Virus record (IMG/VR): IMGVR_UViG_3300002161_000007
Span: 55,021 to 75,020 of that record
Source of the DNA: an uncultured virus (IMG/VR IMGVR_UViG_3300002161_000007)
Taxonomy: Duplodnaviria > Heunggongvirae > Uroviricota > Caudoviricetes
Length of the DNA stretch: 20,000 bases
Strand: one strand, 5' to 3'
A program made the translations under genes and the position numbers. The notes beneath the pieces were generated by a model. It had not been told where the DNA came from and did no database searches. It was given only the letters and a program-made list of their open reading frames with translations. The number at the start of each line of letters is the position of its first letter. Within the stretch, counting starts at the first letter, position 1. Below are positions 1-9,262 of the stretch, in pieces.

Positions 1-111
1 AATGCTGTTCAACAAACTCCGTTTGGTCAGACCATGGGACAAGTTAGAAACCGTATTGGCGCAATTAGGAACACCCGTGCAAACCGCAGGTCTTCAGGAA
101 CGGTGATCTGA
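1..111 (+). CDS. 3' end of a hypothetical protein (runs off window)
   Basis: Frame 1 open from base 1 (NAVQQTPFGQ...SSGTVI) to TGA at 109-111, 2 nt before the next ATG. Confidence 0.6.
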   Translation, partial: NAVQQTPFGQTMGQVRNRIGAIRNTRANRRSSGTVI

Positions 112-113
112 CC

Positions 114-800
114 ATGGGTGGTATGAAAGACTTTGCAAAACTGGTTCTTCAGCAAACAGAGACAGCAAAAGCAATAAACGAAGTTAAAACAGGTATTGCT
201 GACATTAAAAAAGCAAAAGAAGACGCTACAAAACCTGCTCCCCCACCACCACCTGTTGTTCCAGCACCAGTAGTTCCAGTGCTTCCTACATCTCCATTGG
301 TTCCACCACCCCCTGGTGCTAGCCCAATGGGTAAGCCACGTCCAACTTTGCGCATATCCCCAACATTTACAAAGACACCAGTAGAGGACTTAACGCCACT
401 ACAACAACGGGCTGTTGCTGGCGTATCTGATCGCCCAATAATTGAAGTAACCCCTCCAGCGCCACGCCCAGCGCCAACACCAATTGAACGTCCTCGGCTC
501 AAAATCAACATGGAACGGGTTACTCCAGAACCACCTGCTCCTACCGTATTAACACCAATACAACAGCAGGCAGTTGCTGGGGTTTCTCAAAATAAAGCGG
601 TACCTACGTCTACCACGCCTGCGGGTCAACCAGTTAACCCATTGCCCCCAATGCAACGCCCTCCAGCAGTAACGGCAACTAACAGACCACCTCGTGCCCC
701 TTCTGCAACTGCTCCAGCCAAAACTCGTGCACAGCGCAGAGCAATGGGTGCTGACGCTATTGCTAGAATTCGTGAATCTTTAAATAATCAGAAACCGTGA
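114..800 (+). CDS. Proline-rich, probably disordered hypothetical protein with an internal repeat
   Basis: 228-aa ORF; poly-Pro tracts; repeated LTP(L/I)QQ(R/Q)AVAGVS and RP(T/R)L(R/K)I. Confidence 0.8.
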   Translation: MGGMKDFAKLVLQQTETAKAINEVKTGIADIKKAKEDATKPAPPPPPVVPAPVVPVLPTSPLVPPPPGASPMGKPRPTLRISPTFTKTPVEDLTPLQQRAVAGVSDRPIIEVTPPAPRPAPTPIERPRLKINMERVTPEPPAPTVLTPIQQQAVAGVSQNKAVPTSTTPAGQPVNPLPPMQRPPAVTATNRPPRAPSATAPAKTRAQRRAMGADAIARIRESLNNQKP

Positions 801-813
801 TAGGATTAATACT

Positions 814-1017
814 ATGGCTGTAAACGAAACCCGCTCAATGAACAACGACCTTAGCCTTGGTGCCAAGGACGGCAAGTTCAAGTCACTCACACCAGATCGT
901 GGTGGCAACGTTGACCCAACTGATGCCTCAGTCCGTGCTATGGAAGTACAGCCACAGTACGGTCTCGTAGAGCGAACCCCTTTGGCTAACGCCCCTGAAG
1001 CACATCTACACCGATAA
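814..1017 (+). CDS. Hypothetical phage protein (67 aa)
   Basis: AGGA SD upstream of ATG; tight packing between neighbours. Confidence 0.75.
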   Translation: MAVNETRSMNNDLSLGAKDGKFKSLTPDRGGNVDPTDASVRAMEVQPQYGLVERTPLANAPEAHLHR

Positions 1018-1026
1018 GGAATAACC

Positions 1027-1293
1027 ATGGCACACGACCATCGCATGAACCCAGTAGGTGAACCTCACCTCAACAAAGTAAACCGTATGAGAGCAGTAAA
1101 TCTCTCTGACATCTACGGGTATGAAAATTATATCCGACCAGGTTATCCAGATTCACCTAACAACGAACAATCGTTTGCTAATGACTCAACCCGTAAGCCT
1201 GTTAAAACGGTTATGCACGATGACGGTATCCACGGATACGAGGAATACGAAGACGGAAGCATCGTAGACCTTCCAAGAAGTATGCGTTCATAA
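1027..1293 (+). CDS. Hypothetical phage protein (88 aa)
   Basis: AAGGA SD at 1016-1020; tight packing. Confidence 0.75.
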   Translation: MAHDHRMNPVGEPHLNKVNRMRAVNLSDIYGYENYIRPGYPDSPNNEQSFANDSTRKPVKTVMHDDGIHGYEEYEDGSIVDLPRSMRS

Positions 1294-1340
1294 GTAAAAC
1301 TTGTAGTAGGCTTCGGCTAGACCGAAGTTAGGAGCACAAC

Positions 1341-1805
1341 ATGGCTAATGAACAAGCACACCGTCTTTTGGTATGCAAAACGCACGGTGTTATGTGGAAG
1401 ATGCGTCCATACGATGGACCACCAGAACACGACCAAGAGTTGCGTGAACTCTGTGACCGCCACAACGCACAGGTGCCAGACCCACAGAATTGCAGTGCAC
1501 TCATTTATCGCACAGATGAAGAGACCGCAAAGAAACTGGACTCAGAAACAGCAGTTAAAAGCGAACTAGCAAAGAACGATGTCTACATCAAAGACACTCG
1601 TGACGAACTCAAAGTAGATGCACTTAAGTGCTTTAACCGCCACAATCGCCCTAAGCAAGGTTGTATTGACTGGTGCACAGACGCTAAGACGATTGGTCGT
1701 AAAGTTGGTGTGCCACCAGAAAAGCGTCAGTATCTTTGCATGTACTGTCCAGCCGCCGAGTACTACACGCATCGTCAGCGTGTTGAAATGGGCATGTACG
1801 ACTGA
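1341..1805 (+). CDS. Cys/His-rich hypothetical protein, possibly metal-binding
   Basis: AGGAG SD; CxxH, CxxH, CxxxH and CxxCP motifs; TGATG overlap with the next gene. Confidence 0.8.
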   Translation: MANEQAHRLLVCKTHGVMWKMRPYDGPPEHDQELRELCDRHNAQVPDPQNCSALIYRTDEETAKKLDSETAVKSELAKNDVYIKDTRDELKVDALKCFNRHNRPKQGCIDWCTDAKTIGRKVGVPPEKRQYLCMYCPAAEYYTHRQRVEMGMYD

Positions 1806-2287
1806 TGATCCTGATATCGCTAGACGTTCTTTCTATACCAAGCAATGTCAGTGATGAAGTAGGAGCCAGACAACCAAGCCCAGAGGGACGTAGGTTGTGG
1901 AACACTTTCTTCCCTGCATTTAATGGTCGCATGGCAGTGTTTGCTTCAGGCGTTACCAATGAACAAGGCTGTCTTGAATGGTTAAAGCGAGAAGGCTTCA
2001 AAGCGTCAACAGTTGATTTTATTGCTGAAAGTACGGTTGAGGCTCGTGTAGAAAGAATTCAGAATTTGCATGCTGTTTATGGACGCATCAACTGGTATAT
2101 TGACATTGATCCTCGGGTAATAGCAAAGGTTTCTCACAATGGAATCCCTACACTGTTGATGACGGTGCCACACATCGTCAGACCTGAATGGTCAGAAGCA
2201 CGCACTAAAAAAGCGTGGGACACAATCGTAGAAGAAGTAGATGCACAGGCTCTTGCGAGAGCAGAAAGGAATTGGGGCAATGTCTGA
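1805..2287 (+). CDS. Hypothetical protein, possibly a degenerate HAD-like fold
   Basis: N-terminal hydrophobic strand ending in D (ILISLDVL) and a later YIDID, loosely resembling HAD motifs I and IV; coupled overlap. Confidence 0.55.
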   Translation: MILISLDVLSIPSNVSDEVGARQPSPEGRRLWNTFFPAFNGRMAVFASGVTNEQGCLEWLKREGFKASTVDFIAESTVEARVERIQNLHAVYGRINWYIDIDPRVIAKVSHNGIPTLLMTVPHIVRPEWSEARTKKAWDTIVEEVDAQALARAERNWGNV

Positions 2288-2534
2288 AATGGATTTTGAC
2301 TCGTGGCTTAAAATAGGTTTAGAGAATAAATGGGTTGGTCCCCCAGTGTGCTCAACACATGATGGGCTACCTTCAACCGAGGACGAAGACTCGGCATGGG
2401 ACGAGGGCGAAGATCCTTGCATTCACATTTTGCGTCTTTATGTAGATGACCTTGAAGCACTGCTCGTAGAGCAGAACCACAGCCCGTCAGTATGGCGTAA
2501 GGCTGGCTGGGAAGACTTACCAAAAGACGAATGA
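2280..2534 (+). CDS. Hypothetical phage protein (84 aa; start revised to MSEMDF)
   Basis: ATG at 2280 overlaps the previous stop; CSTHDG...DPCIH motif; ATGA overlap with the next gene. Confidence 0.75.
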   Translation: MSEMDFDSWLKIGLENKWVGPPVCSTHDGLPSTEDEDSAWDEGEDPCIHILRLYVDDLEALLVEQNHSPSVWRKAGWEDLPKDE

Positions 2535-3967
2535 AAGTATTCTTTGGCGGAGCGGAAAAGGGGACGTATCGCAAGATGCTGTTGACGGCTGGCGTAACTC
2601 GCCATGCCCTCAACTTGACTCACTTCCCGATCCCTAAGAAGAAAGAACTAGACCTCAGTGCCTTGTTTAATGAGGGCGAGATCATTGTGTACACATCAGA
2701 AAACGATGAGGACATAAACCGCTTTGACCAGTTCGTACGAGATCACGCAGATAATTTACACATTGTAATTGGTCGCCCTGATTATGATGGCTCGTGGCTA
2801 GGTGAGAAGTACTACCCGCTGTGGAATGATGAGCAAGATCTGGAGCGCCTGACATGGTTGTGCCAGAAGTATGGTCGGGCGGCGGTCAGTGACAAGGCGG
2901 TCACAGGACGCAACATGGGGCGCATAGCGTCTATCGCACAGCGTTGGAACGCCAAATTGATTGGCATCACCTCAAAGCCTGACTTGATTGAGCGTGTGCC
3001 ATGGGAAAGTGTCATCGTAGGCTCATGGACTAGCGCCATCCGCTACGGCGAGACACAAGTGTGGGACGGTCACGGGCTACGCAGATACCCAGCACAGCAG
3101 AAAGAGTCCTCACGCAGGAAGCATCGTGCCGACATTGTTCGTCTCAATATTGATTTTGATGCTGTAATGGATGACAACGTATCCGCAATCGGTAACCTTG
3201 CAATTGCTTCATGGCAACAATGGGAGACCCATACTTTTGGGGGCTATGACCCTATGAATGACGATGATGAGCAAGAGATCCTAACCCCAAATGATGGGCA
3301 GATAGTTGCTATACCCCCTGTAACGCATACCCCCACTTCTGTGGTTTCTGGGGGGTCAACTATTGCTATCAACACCCCAACGAAGAGGCATGAGAGTGAG
3401 CGTGTATTGCTACCAGTAATGGGTGTAGAAACCATCACCTCCTTTGGCTCGCAAACCGTTGATACAGAAGGGGATTCTATAGAAATTGATCCTGAAAAGA
3501 TCAACGTAATTCGTTACAATGCGAACCCTTTACGCCAGTGCGATAGTTGCTATCTGAGCAATAGATGTCCTAGTTTCAAGGAACATTCAGAATGTGCATT
3601 TAAACTACCGATTGAGATCCGTACAAAGGATCAGTTACAGGCGGCGATGCGTGCACTTTTGGAGATGCAAGTAGGTCGTGTGATGTTCGCTCGCTTTGCA
3701 GAAGAACTGGAAGGTCAAGGTCTTGACCCAGCCTTGTCACATGAAATGGATCGCTTGTTTAACTTGATTGATCGCTTCAAGAACATCTCTGATACCCGTG
3801 ACACCATCCGACTAGAGATGGAAGCCCGAGGATCTAGCGGTGTGCTATCTCGTTTGTTCGGTGCCAAGGCTGGGGAAACTAACCGCATGCTGGAAGGTGG
3901 CGGAATGGGACCAAATGCCACCAACGCTTTGTACTCAGATGTATTGGATCTCTCAGAAGATAATTGA
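2531..3967 (+). CDS. Two-domain protein: N-terminal possible degenerate TGT/queuine tRNA-ribosyltransferase-like barrel; C-terminal Cys cluster plus helical domain
   Basis: 478-aa ORF is certain. 'PWESVIVGSWTSAIRYG' resembles the SxDSxSW...RYG segment of TGT-like phage proteins; CDSCx4CPx7C. Family call is tentative. Confidence 0.45.
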   Translation: MKVFFGGAEKGTYRKMLLTAGVTRHALNLTHFPIPKKKELDLSALFNEGEIIVYTSENDEDINRFDQFVRDHADNLHIVIGRPDYDGSWLGEKYYPLWNDEQDLERLTWLCQKYGRAAVSDKAVTGRNMGRIASIAQRWNAKLIGITSKPDLIERVPWESVIVGSWTSAIRYGETQVWDGHGLRRYPAQQKESSRRKHRADIVRLNIDFDAVMDDNVSAIGNLAIASWQQWETHTFGGYDPMNDDDEQEILTPNDGQIVAIPPVTHTPTSVVSGGSTIAINTPTKRHESERVLLPVMGVETITSFGSQTVDTEGDSIEIDPEKINVIRYNANPLRQCDSCYLSNRCPSFKEHSECAFKLPIEIRTKDQLQAAMRALLEMQVGRVMFARFAEELEGQGLDPALSHEMDRLFNLIDRFKNISDTRDTIRLEMEARGSSGVLSRLFGAKAGETNRMLEGGGMGPNATNALYSDVLDLSEDN

Positions 3968-3993
3968 CAAACACATAGTTCACCCTGTAATAT
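3964..3993 (+). promoter_or_regulatory. SigA/sigma70-type promoter
   Basis: TTGACA (3964-3969), 18-nt spacer, TAATAT (3988-3993), in the gap before 4022. Confidence 0.6.
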
Positions 3994-4021
3994 TCGCTAT
4001 CTTTATGTAGTACGGGGGCTT

Positions 4022-4615
4022 ATGAACCGAGTAACGGATGTTGTCATTGATCTTGACGGCGTTGTCTACCCCTTTGCTGACGCTTTCAAACAGTACTGCG
4101 TCCGAGAACTGCACATGAACCCCAAGCAATTGCCGTACCCTACCCGCTGGGAGTTCTACGAGGACTGGGGGATGACCCGTGAAGAGTTTGACGCTCACCT
4201 ACTTCAAGCAACCATTAAGCACGATCTGTACGCCACCATGCCTCCCGAGTACAACGCCGACTACGCATGGAGTGTCATCAGAGAACTCAAACTAACGATT
4301 CATGTCGTAACTTTTAGACCACAAGAAGCCCACGAACAAACACGTAAGTGGCTAGACGCTCACAACCTTGCCCCTGACTACCTGTGGTTCCCATCAACCA
4401 CTAAGGGACAAGTCATTAAAGAGATCGGTAGACCAACCATTGCAATTGACGACAACGTGGAGTACTACCTAGACATGGATAATGCTGGAGCGATGTCCAT
4501 ACTTCGCACACAACCATGGAACACTTACCAAGTTGATGCTGTGCGTGTTCCCAACCTTCGCAGTTTTGCTCAGATCATTAACCTTCTCAATCCAAACAAC
4601 GAGGTATACCTATGA
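4022..4615 (+). CDS. HAD-superfamily 5'(3')-deoxyribonucleotidase-like phosphatase
   Basis: Motif I VVIDLDGV, motif II VVTFR, motif III K, motif IV IDDN, and C-terminal PWN. Confidence 0.8.
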   Translation: MNRVTDVVIDLDGVVYPFADAFKQYCVRELHMNPKQLPYPTRWEFYEDWGMTREEFDAHLLQATIKHDLYATMPPEYNADYAWSVIRELKLTIHVVTFRPQEAHEQTRKWLDAHNLAPDYLWFPSTTKGQVIKEIGRPTIAIDDNVEYYLDMDNAGAMSILRTQPWNTYQVDAVRVPNLRSFAQIINLLNPNNEVYL

Positions 4616-4938
4616 GACCACCAACATTCAATAATCGCACAGACATTCTGACGGAGGCAGAGTTGCTCGTCAACGGTGATCGCAATGACACATACGGTGA
4701 TCCAATTGATGACTTTGCCACTACGGCAGAAATGTGGTCAACATACCTTCGCCGTGTTGTAGATAAGCGAGAGTCAACACAACTCAAGCCACATGATGTC
4801 GCTGTCATGATGACCCTTCTCAAGATCTCTCGCATCTCATGGTCACCTGAGAAGCGTGACCACTGGGCAGACAGCGCTGGCTATATTGCTTGTGGTTGGG
4901 ACTGCGTAGTTCGTGAAGAGGGGTACCACAATGCCTAA
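4612..4938 (+). CDS. DUF6378-like phage protein
   Basis: A..LVNGDR...YGDP...F...A.MW...DVA.MM.LLKISR...D.W.D.AGY pattern. Confidence 0.7.
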   Translation: MRPPTFNNRTDILTEAELLVNGDRNDTYGDPIDDFATTAEMWSTYLRRVVDKRESTQLKPHDVAVMMTLLKISRISWSPEKRDHWADSAGYIACGWDCVVREEGYHNA

Positions 4939-5362
4939 TGGTCACATGTACTTCAATGAGTGGAACGAACAAAACCCACACAGTGAAAAGAAACCAAAGA
5001 AAGAACCAAACCACTGGACAATGGCACAAGAACTAGAGAACGAGCGTAGACGCTTGTCTAAAGCCCTTGGCATGATTCCACAACTTGTTCAACAACAAAC
5101 TGCGTCAACGCTGGCGGAGTTCTCGGCTCAAACGGAATTGTCTATGGCAGAGATCTTGCTAGACAATTGGGACATCATCCTTCAACTGGCTGTAGAGAAC
5201 AAGCGTTTGTCAGGTGAAGTTGTGACCCTTCTCGGACAAATTGAAAAGATGAATGAGCAAGTAGAGCGCATGAGTACAGCGATCTACACGGCAATTGAAG
5301 CAACCATCAGACCGATTCGTGATAAACGCATTCACGATGAAATTCCAACGGAAGAGTTTTAG
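4931..5362 (+). CDS. Coiled-coil hypothetical protein (start revised to MPNGHM)
   Basis: ATG at 4931 follows GAGGGG SD and overlaps the previous stop; heptad-like L/E/Q-rich sequence. Confidence 0.7.
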   Translation: MPNGHMYFNEWNEQNPHSEKKPKKEPNHWTMAQELENERRRLSKALGMIPQLVQQQTASTLAEFSAQTELSMAEILLDNWDIILQLAVENKRLSGEVVTLLGQIEKMNEQVERMSTAIYTAIEATIRPIRDKRIHDEIPTEEF

Positions 5363-5779
5363 TTGCCTCAGTTCGCAGAGGATTGGCGTAAGCAAGCACT
5401 CTGTAAAGACCGACACATTGATCTTTGGTACCCACCATTAGACACAGACGTACCAGAGAATTACTACACGATCTCTAGAGCCGTATGCAGACAATGTCCT
5501 GTATGGAAAGACTGCTTAGATGATGGCGTAGAAGAGAAATGGGGGTTGTGGGGCGGACTCACACCGCAAGAGCGAACAGCGCTTACTGTTGAACATCCGA
5601 AAGCAAGTGTACTTCGTGCACATGGTACATGGATGCGTTACAGACAAGGCTGTAGATGCACAGAGTGTGCAGACGCTGAGTCAAAAGAGATTAATGAAAT
5701 AAACATTCTAGAGATTCCTAAGATGGGTACGGAACTGAATAATTTAGAGATGCTTAAGTTTCGGTTGATTCAGCCTTAA
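5363..5779 (+). CDS. whiB: WhiB-family Fe-S transcription factor with C-terminal HGT-GCRC-CxxC extension
   Basis: W...ALC...CRQCPVWKDC...WGLWGGLTPQER; TTG start immediately after the previous stop. Confidence 0.9.
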   Translation: MPQFAEDWRKQALCKDRHIDLWYPPLDTDVPENYYTISRAVCRQCPVWKDCLDDGVEEKWGLWGGLTPQERTALTVEHPKASVLRAHGTWMRYRQGCRCTECADAESKEINEINILEIPKMGTELNNLEMLKFRLIQP

Positions 5780-5799
5780 TACCTGTAAACTAGAAGGGT

Positions 5800-5844
5800 A
5801 ACGCCCATAGAGTTCTTCATAGAATCCTGTGGGCGTTTTGCTTT
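5800..5844 (+). terminator. Probable intrinsic terminator
   Basis: AACGCCCATAG (5800-5810) pairs with CTGTGGGCGTT (5827-5837); inner TTCT/AGAA stem; T-rich tail. Confidence 0.55.
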
Positions 5845-5868
5845 ATCCGCCTATCAAGGAGAAGAATA

Positions 5869-6366
5869 TTGTTAGATCGCTCGTTAGTTATCGTTGGACT
5901 CGTGTTCACATCAATCACATCGTTGTTGGTGGGGCTGGCTCCAAATAATCAACAGTCCGAAGTAGCAACAATTCAACTAACACCACTAGTCCAATCGGTA
6001 GCACTAGAGGTAGTAAATGCAAAGGAATTGGCACCTGAACAAATGCCAACACCGAAAGGAATCCCGAAAGATAAGACAAAGCGTTGCCCACAATGGGAAG
6101 CCAAGTTCCGTGAATACGGCTTGCCTGTCGTTGCTTTTTCGTATATCAGTTGGCGTGAGTCCCGCTGTAATGAACTCGCACACAACCGCACTTTAAACCG
6201 TGATAAATCACACGACCTCGGTCTGGTGCAGGTCAACTCCAGTTGGCGAACGGTCACGAGGAACATATGTGGCACCGACATCACAGGATTATTCAATGTG
6301 GACTGCAANTTATCGGTAGCCAAATACCTGTACGACAATGGTGGTCTAGGTCACTGGAGACTGTAG
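5869..6366 (+). CDS. Secreted or membrane-anchored lysozyme-like (SLT/lytic transglycosylase) protein
   Basis: AAGGAG SD with TTG start; N-terminal hydrophobic segment; catalytic ISWRESRC, DLGLVQVN, and C-terminal A..LY..GG..HW. Confidence 0.75.
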   Translation: MLDRSLVIVGLVFTSITSLLVGLAPNNQQSEVATIQLTPLVQSVALEVVNAKELAPEQMPTPKGIPKDKTKRCPQWEAKFREYGLPVVAFSYISWRESRCNELAHNRTLNRDKSHDLGLVQVNSSWRTVTRNICGTDITGLFNVDCXLSVAKYLYDNGGLGHWRL

Positions 6367-6399
6367 ACATAACGTACACAAACAAGTAGGATGTACACA
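6364..6399 (+). promoter_or_regulatory. SigA-type promoter driving a leaderless transcript
   Basis: TAGACA (6364-6369), 17 nt, TAGGAT (6387-6392), 6 nt, then ATG at 6399. Confidence 0.55.
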
Positions 6400-6608
6400 T
6401 GACAAATCAACTACAACCCGAACACTTGGCAGGCACTAGTGAGATCGCTGTAATACTTGGCGTAACCAAACAGCGCATCCACGCCTTGCGTAAGCAGAAG
6501 AAGTTCCCACAACCGATCGCAAACTTGGCATCCACACCAATTTGGGATAAGCGTGACATTCAAGCATTCCTTGCTGAGTGGCGTCCATGGAAGGTCACAC
6601 CACAATGA
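6399..6608 (+). CDS. AlpA/excisionase-like helix-turn-helix DNA-binding protein
   Basis: LAGTSEIAVILGVTKQRIHAL...FPQPI.......W pattern. Confidence 0.75.
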   Translation: MTNQLQPEHLAGTSEIAVILGVTKQRIHALRKQKKFPQPIANLASTPIWDKRDIQAFLAEWRPWKVTPQ

Positions 6609-6742
6609 GCGACAAACGCCATTACGAATGCCCGCAATGCGGGAAGGTCATCACCGTATTTGTGAAGCCCTCGGTGCCACCAACATGCACCAACCCTGAC
6701 AGACATACCAGCGTCACTGTTGAAATGGTGGAGAAGAAGTGA
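6605..6742 (+). CDS. Small zinc-ribbon protein (45 aa, absent from the ORF track)
   Basis: MSDKRHYECPQCGKVITVFVKPSVPPTCTNPDRH...; ATGA overlap at its start and GTGA overlap at its end. Confidence 0.75.
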   Translation: MSDKRHYECPQCGKVITVFVKPSVPPTCTNPDRHTSVTVEMVEKK

Positions 6743-7812
6743 GAATTGGCTTTGCCAGTGGTGACTACGTTCCAGTACAACGCTCCACAGATGGTAAACA
6801 GCATTGGGGTGGCTCGGGCTGGGCACGCATTGGTCAGTATGTGGAGTGGTTGGAGCATTTTGAAAAAGATGTAATTGTAGGAGTGCTCACATGGAACAAG
6901 AACTACTTCTGCATCCGAGGTGCTAACGATGAGTTGATCCCCGTTGACATCATTGTGATGCAACGACTCATGCACGACTCACTAGCCGATCACATTCACA
7001 AGGCTCGTGCTGTTGGACAAATTGTAATTAATGATTTAGACGACTGGTACTGGGGACTTGATCCAGCCAACGATGCATTCATGTCATCGCACCCAAAGAC
7101 CAACCCAAAAGAGAACCGAGATCATTACAAGAAGGTGCTCGCATCCAGCACGCTGGTCACCGTGTCAACTCCGTATCTTGCCGATCGCATCAAGTCGTTT
7201 GTGCATTGCCCAATCATCACATTGGAGAACACGGTAGACATCTCACGGTTTACTCCACATGTGCACACCGATAGTTCTGTTCCTGTAGTTGGGTGGGTGG
7301 GAGCCACGAGCCATCGCTCCAGTGACTTAGAGATCATGAAGGGGATCATCAACCCTTTAATCGCTAACAACGAGATTAAGTTCCATCACAGCGGTCACTA
7401 CTCGCATGCACCATCAGTTGCCAGCAAGTTAGGACTGCACGAAGATCAGGTGACTGTTGCGAATGCAGTGGACGCCAAAGAATACCCATCGCTGTTGACC
7501 ATGGACGTGGGTATCGCACCACTGCGTGATACGCCATTCAACCATGCCAAGAGCGACATCAAGTTGTTGGAGTACTCCTCCTCGGGGATTCCATGGGTTG
7601 GTTCATCTCTTTCAGCGTATGAGGCTTTGCGTGATAGTTGGGGAGTTGGTCGTACTGCGAGTAAACCATCGCAGTGGCTCAAGCATCTGAGGGATCTTCG
7701 GGATCCAGTCAGGCGAGCAGACGAGGGAGAGGCTTTGAGAGAAGCGGTGCGCTCACGAGACATCAGCCTCGGAGCACACCGCCTCAACTTACTTATTGAA
7801 GATCTTTCCTAG
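6739..7812 (+). CDS. Glycosyltransferase, GT-B fold (GT4-like)
   Basis: IIVMQR, DLDD, VTVST..LA, VGWVG..SH..DL, DVGIAPL....FN..KS.IKLLEYS..GIP. Confidence 0.85.
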   Translation: MRIGFASGDYVPVQRSTDGKQHWGGSGWARIGQYVEWLEHFEKDVIVGVLTWNKNYFCIRGANDELIPVDIIVMQRLMHDSLADHIHKARAVGQIVINDLDDWYWGLDPANDAFMSSHPKTNPKENRDHYKKVLASSTLVTVSTPYLADRIKSFVHCPIITLENTVDISRFTPHVHTDSSVPVVGWVGATSHRSSDLEIMKGIINPLIANNEIKFHHSGHYSHAPSVASKLGLHEDQVTVANAVDAKEYPSLLTMDVGIAPLRDTPFNHAKSDIKLLEYSSSGIPWVGSSLSAYEALRDSWGVGRTASKPSQWLKHLRDLRDPVRRADEGEALREAVRSRDISLGAHRLNLLIEDLS

Positions 7813-8154
7813 ATTCAGGCGATCAACCTTTTCAAGAGACTGCATATCTCTGCCACCCCATACGCCCCAGCGGATGTCGTTCTTGACGGCATAGCGTAGG
7901 CATTGGAATGAAACAGGACAGCCTTGGCATATCTCAATGGCTTGCTTTCTTTTTAATCGTATTTCTTTGTTATGCCCTACTAATCCAGTAGCAAAGAAAG
8001 TAGTTGTGTCTTCATGTCGGCATGACGCATATTTGCGCCATGTACCTACTTCGGGGAACGGTAAAGGATCCATGATCTCTTTGTTAATGATTGTAGGTAC
8101 ATGAAGCGGGGGATTTGACTCCCCCGCATCGTTGTAGTAATCCCAGCGGTTCAT
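7789..8154 (-). CDS. whiB: Second WhiB-family transcription factor
   Basis: W...ASC...FF...AIEICQGCPVSFQCLRYA...WGVWGG; ATGA overlap with the upstream gene (true start could be later). Confidence 0.88.
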   Translation of the reverse strand: MNRWDYYNDAGESNPPLHVPTIINKEIMDPLPFPEVGTWRKYASCRHEDTTTFFATGLVGHNKEIRLKRKQAIEICQGCPVSFQCLRYAVKNDIRWGVWGGRDMQSLEKVDRLNLGKIFNK

Positions 8155-9173
8155 ACGAGGACTACATCCTCCAAGATCCGAATGACCTGACGGTCAAACT
8201 CATCGGTCTTGCCGTTGAGTGCATTCATTGCGTTGCGCTCAACACGGCTGTCGTCCTTGCCACTCATGTGGTGTTGGTAGGTGTTGAATGCTTGCAACAC
8301 TCCGAGACCAGTTCCCATCCATGGAGCGACTCGTGGGTCGTTCTTGTAGAGGTGACGGATCGCTTCCTGCTTGTTCTGTGAGCGACTGATCGCTTGTGGG
8401 CGAGCCTCACCTTCGGTACCAACAGGCACGAGACGATCCACGATGGCGTCCCACTCGGACTGGGTCACAGTGATTGACGAGAGGCGCTCAATCTCAAGCG
8501 ACACCTCATCAGCCATGCTGTGAATGATTCCGAGAGCGTCACGGATGTCTTGAATGCGTCCGTTGCTGTACTTGCTGTGACGAGTCTTGAACTCTGATCC
8601 CTGCTCACCGAGCGCTCCAGCGAGCGTGTTGTCGCAGACCACGGCGGTGACGACTCGCTTGAATGTTGTGGCAAGCGTGCCGTTGTGGCTCGTAGTTGCG
8701 AGCAAGTGTGGACGGAACTCAAAGCCCGCCTTGGTGCTGATTGTCTCAGGCATCTCAATGCTGACCCATGCGACACCGCCACTGCGAAGCAAGCCCGCAG
8801 AACCGATCTGCAAGTTGCTGTCATCAATCACGTTTGCCACGGTGCCGAGCAACCACTCCTCGTACTGGTGGATCTGATACGAATCCTTGAAGAGACCAAG
8901 CGTCTCGTAGTTGTCGTCACGAACGATTGCCTTGCGGTCATCCTGTGGGATGTACTTGAAGGTGCCATTGTTAGGCACTTGCACGAACACTGGTGCTTCA
9001 ATTGCCTTCCAGTGGAACAGACGACGCTTGACATCTTCAACAGGGATTGCCTGCTCGTAATGGTTTGGCTCAGTTCCCTGATCGGTTGCCTTGTAGTGCC
9101 ATGCGTTCCCACGCTTGGATGTAAAGCCCACCAATACATTTTGGTTGAGCCACTGGCTGGTTTCTCTTGACAT
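8151..9173 (-). CDS. DUF932 / phage-plasmid LGT_TIGR03299-like protein
   Basis: N-terminal AWH, SAGLLRSGGVAW, LLATTSHNGT, VVCDNTL, RH motifs; AAGGAG SD. Confidence 0.8.
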   Translation of the reverse strand: MSRETSQWLNQNVLVGFTSKRGNAWHYKATDQGTEPNHYEQAIPVEDVKRRLFHWKAIEAPVFVQVPNNGTFKYIPQDDRKAIVRDDNYETLGLFKDSYQIHQYEEWLLGTVANVIDDSNLQIGSAGLLRSGGVAWVSIEMPETISTKAGFEFRPHLLATTSHNGTLATTFKRVVTAVVCDNTLAGALGEQGSEFKTRHSKYSNGRIQDIRDALGIIHSMADEVSLEIERLSSITVTQSEWDAIVDRLVPVGTEGEARPQAISRSQNKQEAIRHLYKNDPRVAPWMGTGLGVLQAFNTYQHHMSGKDDSRVERNAMNALNGKTDEFDRQVIRILEDVVLV

Positions 9174-9224
9174 GATGTTTCTCCTTGTTGTTTGAGTTAT
9201 TTGGTTTGTTGTACCACTGAGATA

Positions 9225-9253
9225 AAACTACCTCCGTGGGACGGGAATTGCAA
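9225..9253 (-). promoter_or_regulatory. SigA-type promoter for the DUF932-whiB pair
   Basis: Minus strand TTGCAA (9253-9248), 17 nt, TAGTTT (9230-9225). Confidence 0.5.
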
Positions 9254-9262
9254 CTTCTGTTC

